Below, piece after piece: positions 20,733 to 28,231 of a stretch of DNA of 28,231 nt. This DNA comes from Octopus sinensis (taxonomy: Eukaryota): the NCBI RefSeq assembly GCF_006345805.1, contig NW_021827536.1:1-28231 (forward strand), read 5' to 3'. The translations under genes were made by a program, and so were the position numbers. Below the pieces are notes generated by a model. The model was not told the DNA's origin. It was given only the letters and a program-made list of their open reading frames with translations, and did not search any database. How positions within the stretch are numbered: the stretch's first letter is position 1; the number at the start of each line of letters is the position of its first letter.

Positions 20733-23700
20733 TTATTCGACATCCTCAACTTGAGCACTGCCAGTCCCCTCAACCACTCCACGAATATCATTCAGCTGAC
20801 CCTCACTACCCACATTAGACAAAACACACCTTAGTCGAGTGAATCGAATTCCCAACAGAAAATTAAAATGTTCAACCACAGCCGCCGCTGCGATGGACGA
20901 AATTTGGCTCGATTGCTCACAATTTCAGACGCGTCGGGTTTTCTGTCAGAATTGAGCATTCTCTGCAATTCCACTGCATGGTTGGTGTAGTCCCTCAGTC
21001 GTTCACACACAGCCCTCGTCATCACGTGGTGTCCCCCAACTTGCATGACCAACCCATTCTAACCTCCTTCGAGTATATCCCACGGGCTCTTTGCTCACAG
21101 TTGATTGCCTCACGGAATCTATACACACCAGCATGGGCCTGAGCTTGCAGGACAAATCCGAATGCCAGTTTAATCCTATCAGCAGGCGAGGAGGCACCCT
21201 CCACCAGGTCCACCGCACGACTGATGTAGTCCATCCCCACATCTGTGTCGTCCATGTGGAGCATAAGCATGCCGATGGTCATCTACCAATGACGAGTCAA
21301 TATCACATTGATTCTGTAAAACTGAGGGTTGTTCTCTCCCTCCGTACAGGAGAGTGAGATAACGTACTCGCCACATAGCGTTAACAGCCAAATCGACCTT
21401 CCCCACTGTGAAGGCGTTAGTGCGAGGGATGTCTGAGTGTTGGAGAGGGAGGACTACCAAGGAGGAGATTGCATCGGGGGAATCCACTCCGGCCAGTCTC
21501 TCACACATTATCACTGCCTGTCTCTGCATTTCAAAGGCATTCACGAATTCTCCGAGAATGTAGTTCACTCGACCCAGCAAGGTCACAGCAGACACCACCA
21601 TCATGTGTAGGGGACCATAAATATGAGTCAATATCCCCAATGTCTCCGTGATCAGTTCATATCCCGCCTTCAAATGTCCTGCGGTAATCAAGTACTTGGC
21701 CTGTGCGAGACACTGCATACAGTCCACAGACTACAATACACGCCACACTACTCACTTGAGGACTCACACACTTCACACGCGGATATACCCCCACAATGTC
21801 GTCCTCGGTGAAGACGGGGTCACCGGGGGTCCCCACTTGCTCGAACACCCTCGGGTAGTCCCTGAGTGCTATCCTCACTCCCAGGACAGTGCAGAACTGC
21901 CTCAACAACACAACTCGATTGACGTGTAGTTGGTCAGTCACAACGTCGACTGAATAGCCATAGTAAGTGGCCATCTCCTCTCTCACCAGTCCCCACAGAC
22001 CATTGTAGTCCATGCTGGCCATAGTCGAGCATATTCGGGACTTGCCTTTCTTCCCCATCCTTGCAGTCCCTGGGAAAAGCAAACAGTTCATAAAATGTGA
22101 AATCGACTGGGCATTCACAGTACCAATGACACGACGGAATACATGTTTAATAGAACGTCCCACCAACTCCAACACAGCCACGTCCTACAAGGTTATCACC
22201 CAAGCACAGACTGCTAGGAATGAGTCCTTCCCCGCCAAGGCCACCTCCCCCAAATAGCGGACGTTGATTCCCCTAAAATAGACCGAGTGAGGGCAACATG
22301 GCGTGCATATTCTTGACCAATTCACTCCCACAGAACTCATAACTCAGCTCACACTCATTCACTAATAACTCCACCTTCGAATGACACACCACTCATACCA
22401 TGCTCGGGATTTGAATCAGCACTATGAACTCACACAATTCTTTGTTCAGTCTTTTTTCCTTCTTCAATGCCTCGCTCTGAGAATTCACCCAACAATCAAC
22501 CTCCACACAACACACCGATGGCTGGTAAAGGTCCGGATTAAACCCAATCTTCATCTCCGTCTCTGAAAGGGACCCCACTTCTTCCAACGCCTCTTTCCAA
22601 CAATCGGCATCAACCATATTACACAACAACCAACCATCCTCCTCAACCACTCCTTTCGATTTCTTCCGTCTGAGATATGCCTCATTCAGTTCCTTATTCT
22701 TTAATCGGGAAAAGTAATCGAGCAATTCAGGACGGACTGCGCATAATTTGTGTTCGTGTCTTCGCGGGTAATCTTTGGCTCGCATTCTTTCATCAAATTC
22801 GCCCACATCCATTCCATCCAAATAATTAATATCTGGGGGGAATGCGGTGGCCAAATCAAGAAGGTAACTTCTTCCATCACGTCCCACAATTCCCTTCGAT
22901 TCGGCCGCAGACGCCAGTTCCACCTGTTCAGTTCCATCAGAAATATGCACACTGTGGCGAACCAACATGAACTCACGCGAAAATATATCCAACTGCAAAT
23001 TTTCCGGCCAATACTACTTTGGCCATGAACTCGTCATTGGTCAGAATTGTTTTGGTGGTCAAAGTCTCCTTAGTTCCGTAAATGACCATTTCCTCCATTT
23101 TGTCCATAATGCCTGGGAGTAAGGGGGAGGGGAGACCGGCGATGAGGGACTGAGCACACACCCGTCTCCCGCAGTAGTCCACCACAACAGTCCCCAGAAA
23201 ATGGACATCCTTCTGCTCAACAGAAGAGAAAGCAGCAATTCCCTGAATATCCAAACTCTGGGCAGAATGGGCGGCCGAATCACCCCCCACCTGAGTATAC
23301 GACTGAGCCACATCACACGCATTCGAAAAAAACATGTTGTTCCAAATATACACGTTGTTTCTACGGAATGAAGGGAATCGACGACCTCTCATTCTCACTG
23401 GGGTTGGCTGCCATGATGCACCCATCAGTCACACTACAACAACCCAGCACGGCTGTCCCCAACATATCACAGTGGACCTTCCAATTAATAAACATGGAAA
23501 ACTCTAAAAATATTTCTATCGCGGAAAATCCTCTCCCAGGGAGTATTAGTGGGCAGGTCTCGGGCAGATTGTAATTCCTCATTCCAATCACGGATATTGC
23601 AGGGGAGGTTGTCCTCAATCCCCAGTCGATTGGAAAACGCGTCCTCTGCTCTCAAATAGTCGGGGCAGTGAGCAATTGGAGGACTAAACCACGTGTAGTA

Positions 23701-23853
23701 CTGATGAGGAGTTGGGAGTCGTTCAAGGGAGTCCCTCGACCTCCTCCTCTCTACCAACCCCCCATAAACACGTTTAAAGTGGTGGGATATCTAAATAGTT
23801 CAAAACTAATCAACATTTTGGAGAAGATCGACAAGTGAGTGGTGGACTGTCGA
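20733..23853 (-). CDS. CLUH: Clustered mitochondria protein (CLU1/clueless/TIF31); lacks its N-terminal part at the duplication junction; about 15 micro-introns
   Basis: HSLVDLL, ERLPTP, RAEDAFSNRLG, RDWNEELQSARDLP, IWNNMFFS, VVDYCGRRVCAQS, GIVGRDGRSYLLDL, GINVRYLG, ELVGRSIKHVFR and the C-terminal TPR region all match the CLU family. Frameshifts at about 21418, 21338 and 21035. The exact stop codon depends on two inferred 3' introns. Confidence 0.9.
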
Positions 23854-24256
23854 ATTTTGGTTAGTCCCTTTTTATTTACCCAGTCTATTTTACGGAATAA
23901 CGGGTTTTAATATTTTGCCATGTGGAGGCGCAGAAGAAGAGATTAACTCAGAATCGGAAGAAACGAAATTATCCTTAGAAGTAAAAACTCATAATGAAAA
24001 GTATAAAAGAAAAGTTACAGAAGACGCAAATAAAAATTTTCGAAAAAAAGATATCACAATTGGAGATAATGTTACAATTAAAATTGATTTCGATAAAAAT
24101 ATAAAAACAAGAAAATATCCACTCACTAGTTTTTTTAGCAAGGAACAATTTCTAGTAGTGAAAGAAGTTTCTCTGCATTCCGTTCTCGTTGAGAATTGCA
24201 CATCTGGTGAAAGGAAGACAATTCCAAAGTCAATGATCAAAAAAATTAACTTTTAA
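23854..24256 (+). mobile_element. 5'-truncated duplicate of the integrase (intron plus last exon only)
   Basis: Matches 10718-11120 with a few substitutions. Confidence 0.9.
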
Positions 24257-24738
24257 AAAATTACATTTTCATTTTATATTCAATCAATTTGTAATGTTTC
24301 TTTAAAAATTGTTTCATAATATAAGTGAACTTTTGCTTTGTTTTATTCGACATAGGAGACGTTGCTTCTATACTGGAAGAAGATCATCTCGTCTAAACCC
24401 TTTTCGTCACATAAATAAGGACCGGAAGAGTTTGCACAGAATCATATGTAGCGGTTGAATACAGACTCTGTTGAAAACTGAATTTATATTATACGAGACT
24501 GTTTGGGACAATGTTTGTAAATTTTATTATCTATTTTTATGTTTAGTTTCGGTTTTCGATTTAGCTCTCGAAAATCCTTCGAAGTGAACTCATTCCTCTC
24601 AACACATCGTATTGACATTGCACTGTTCCAAGAGACGAGGCTCTCTCCATGTAAACCATAACTAATTAACAATCGAAGCTATTTCTTTGTGAATTCGTGG
24701 TTAATGAAGATACATTACGTAATTCATTTAATTTTTAG

Positions 24739-24956
24739 AAGAGTCGATAGTGGAAATAGACAAGTGCAAATTTTTTCACAGAAAGTACCATCATTGGCGA
24801 CCAGGCCATTGGGTATTGGGTGGAATAGACAGGGAAACTAGAAAGTACTTTTTTGAAAAAGTTGCAGGTTCTTTTTCCCATTTATCCTTTAGATAGGACA
24901 GCGGAGAAACACTCAATGAAGTTATCGTTCGACGCGTACTTCCCAAAAACTCGTAA
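24739..24956 (+). mobile_element. Duplicate Merlin fragment (intron 25 nt here, frameshift after it)
   Basis: Matches 11603-11817, with one extra C in the intron and 2 extra nt in the following exon. Confidence 0.85.
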
Positions 24957-27175
24957 AAAGGCAATTACTAAAATTGGAGATTACCGCACTTCTTTGCGGT
25001 GAAAGGAATCTATTGCCTTCAGTTTAGTATCCGAGCTCCCACATGTCAAAGAATTATAAAGTAGACAAGTTCACAAAGGCGTTGTGGAGCCTTGATATGA
25101 GTTGGCAATTTACAGGCCGGGCTTGGACCCAAGCTTTGCATATTCTGCTATCTTCGAGTAGAGCCCCAAGTTTCTTGACATTCCTCAAAGTTTCAACAAC
25201 TCATGTTCGTTTGTTTTATCTCAGTGAATTCAATTTTGGAAGTGTTGTACGCTCAATTCTTTCTCGATCAGGTCGGCTTCCCGTCCATGAAGCTTTCAGA
25301 CCGAATTCTTTTTTTCATTAAATGATTAGGCGTTGTTAACATACATAAAGAATTAATGAAGAAATAATAAATTGACTGCGTGAAAAATACAAAACAATAT
25401 CTCTTTGAGGAAACCTCCTTATTCTCTTTGATTGAGTCATCTCAGGACAACCAGGACCACGAATACAAATAAAACGACCGAAAACACACCTTCTGGTCAA
25501 AAACTTTAAAATGGGAAAGAGTATATAGAATTTTAAAAAACAGATTAGAAACAGATTAGAGGAATAAAATCGGAAAATATCACAAAAATGACGAAATTTC
25601 AGATAATTAAATCACTAAAAGAAATTTCATCACAAAATATTCCTTCTGAATCCAATTTAATACAAAAAAATAAAACTAAACTAAATAACAAGAACACCAC
25701 AACAAACTAATTCAGCGGCATCTATGCATGTGCCATAATTTATTAGGTTTGCCATCAAAAATTAAGATAATTAAACAATAATTAATGAAAAATAGTTTAT
25801 AATTATTATTGAAATAATTATCTGTATCTTTTATTTAGGTTTTTCTAATCGGTCCATAAAAAGTACATCTAATTAAATTTTGTAAATTTCTAGGTTCATT
25901 TTTTACTAAGGATAAGTAAAATCATCTCTGAAATATATTTGATCAAAAATACTTCTTATTTAAGACGCCATGTCAAAAGTGCTTTCCATTATCAATGTCT
26001 ATGCTCCTCACAGTGATATTCTCCGTCGTCAATTCGATAAGGTTGCTTTATCTGAATCTTGATCATACGGAGGGTCTGGGGTCGGAGTGATCATAAAATG
26101 ATTGTTGGACGTTAAAGAGACGCTATACGTTTCTTGAATCGGTGAAATTCCTACCTGGAACTACTTTTCCTCCGTGGCGACTAGGCTCTCATGGAACTTT
26201 TTCCTGAAAGAAATCCATATAGCGGCTGGCAAACACATCAGAAAGCAGACAAATAAACCCAGTCTGGAAAGGTATGCCATCCAGATGTGTATTCACATAC
26301 CGTTAAGCAAAAAGATCGTAAACTCAAAATTAAAAATAAATATGACTGTAACAACAAATATGTATTGAAGAATGAACGTGCAAGAATACAAAGACGATTC
26401 AAGAAATTGAATTGTCAGCACGGAACTGAAGTCTTTTTTAGGAGAAATCGAAGAACTCGAGGGCGAGGCACACATGTTTCATGCAACTACTTAAAATAAG
26501 AAAATACAGAAAACTCAAAATCATCAACGACATTTGAAAAATTATTCAACCCCTGACATGAACATTGAAGTTAAACTTATTAATTCAGTGATTGACAATG
26601 CCTTTTAATTGGAACATTCCTATTCGACGATGTTTCAGAACCAACGATGGAAAAATTGTCGTTAAATTTTACGTTGAAAAGGAATTTATGGAGTCCTTTA
26701 TCCACACTAAGACGCATCAAAAAGACTATTATGTATTTTAAGAAAACAGATGTGCTAACCTTAGTGCTATAAAAACTAAACCGAAATTATTTTGGATATC
26801 TCAGATTTTTCTTGAAATAATTTTTGTGGGAATTAAGTTAGATTTGATCGACGTATCAATTTAACTATTTATGTTCATTTAATTTCGCTTTATTGATGGC
26901 GAAGTATAAATTTGCAACGGCTCAAATAATAGATTCGAAATATTTGTTTTCTTGATTTTATTTGTTCGTAAAATATGCTTTATAAACACGTTCAATCCTT
27001 CAGTCCATCCTCTAGAATAATATTTATGTAAAAATTGTCTCTAAAAACTACATCAGGCGTCGCAGAGATCTAACCCTTGGCTAATCAAAAAAATTGCCAA
27101 AACAGGAGGGTAATTCCTACAACACAATAAAAATCAGCAAACTCGCATTTACAGGGAAAATAAGTAAATATAAAA

Positions 27176-28231
27176 TCACACTTTATCCAAATGTGCATAG
27201 ACTACACGCAATTTACGACGCGGATTCCTCGACCGATTCTTCCACGGTTTGCCACACTCGTCGGAATATACCCGAGGAGGGACACGTTGCATTGGATTGT
27301 GAGACATGTACCCATATCCAACCGACCCTTCATTCCTCCGAAAGAACACCTCGTCCAACTTATCCAACAACACGTCCTTCGTCACAGACTCCACACATTT
27401 GACGACATCCCGCACCTTCATCCCCTTCACCCTCTCCACCAGTCCAGAAATAGGCTGATACTCATCCACCGACACTCCAGGCGGGGGGTGGCAGTAAACC
27501 AGACATCCCTGAGATGATTGACCAAGCATACAGCCGAGTAGTCCTTGATCAGTCTGTGGGCAGCCTTCGCGTAGTTTGGCCGTCCTTTGCTCATCCAATT
27601 CCTCGCCTCTGCGGATTACTGCCAGTCCCCACCTGCCAGAGTCCCCAAAAAATCTTCCGTGAGTTTATACTGTGATGGTGGAGGACTATTCTCAGTGAAT
27701 GTCACATTATAGAACTGCTTGAGCACGCAAATGGGAATTCGTTGGACAATCTGAATGATACATTCAAAATGTACCAGAATGGCAGGAGACATGTAATCTA
27801 TCATTTGAGAGAGGGGCAGTATTGAGGATAGGACTAGTTCAGACTGGTCAATCACAAAATTAGGCATGACAAGTCCTGGACAGTCACACAACATCAATTT
27901 GTTATCCTCGTGAGTTATTAAATGAGTCTGCAAGTGCTTTGTCCGGCCTGGGGTGGCTGAGACTGCTGTCTTCTTGTTGTTCAGAAGAGCATTGATGGTC
28001 GAACTCTTTCCAACATTGGGATACCCAATCATCCCCACAGAACATGTCTCCTCACTCGACATTCCTCTCAACTTTCTTAGCAACTCATCCCGATTTAGAA
28101 TTGGCCACTCCTCCACTTCCTCAGCCCCACAAAGAGCAGACCAAAAGAACACATTCACCCCGATCGAGTCAAAATATTTGTTCCAGAACATTCTAGAACA
28201 TTCCAGAATATTCTACCTCTGGTTGGCAGTG
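27176..28231 (-). CDS. LSG1: LSG1 copy 2, 3' part, in frame; 5' end lies outside the window
   Basis: Continuous ORF 27616-28191 carrying GYPNVGKSS, SATPGRTKH and DCPGLV with no frameshifts. Same introns as copy 1. Confidence 0.92.

Larger units (their letters stand above)
23854..28231 (+). repeat. Second copy of the block starting at 10718 (offset 13,136-13,140 bp); runs off the window
   Basis: Identity starts at ATTTTGGTTAG (10718 and 23854). ORF-track pairs such as 11348/24484, 13034/26174 and 14036/27176 confirm the offset. Confidence 0.97.

Noticed and set aside
19574-21420. Programmed frameshifting or RNA editing restoring the innexin and CLU1
   Set aside because: LSG1 copy 2 has the correct bases where copy 1 has the same kind of indel, so sequence error or decay is simpler.
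2526-23803. Introner-type transposon origin for the micro-introns
   Set aside because: The introns share no family sequence or terminal repeats across genes, apart from one 11-nt 3' match within LSG1.

Overview
Eukaryotic nuclear DNA in the standard code, most likely from a genome-reduced parasitic animal. An innexin gene plus introns only 21-29 nt long points to a dicyemid-like mesozoan; this is inference, and myxozoans or orthonectids are alternatives. Roughly 50% GC gene islands sit in AT-rich spacers full of transposon debris. Genes: Sec1/Munc18 (2498-4487, +, 11 introns), LSG1 GTPase (14036-15847, -), innexin (19574-20610, -), 5'-truncated CLU1/clueless (20733-23853, -) and a kinesin-5 pseudogene. 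Transposon debris includes CRE-type RLE retroposons, APE LINE fragments, Tc1/IS630, Merlin and a Ginger2/KRBA2-type integrase. Sequence from 10718 onward recurs from 23854 to the window end, which looks like a 13,136-bp tandem duplication; an assembly artefact cannot be excluded. Most notable observations: (1) about 40 micro-introns that accept GAG/AAG acceptors and lack a polypyrimidine tract; (2) 24-nt in-frame introns inside two different transposases; (3) introns that resemble tandem copies of the adjacent exon; (4) a C-rich to G-rich skew flip inside each gene island; (5) a CRE retroposon with poly(A) and a 10-bp TSD inserted in the minisatellite-built TIR of a DNA transposon. All exon structures, alignments and counts were done by eye against remembered family consensus sequences; no database search was run.
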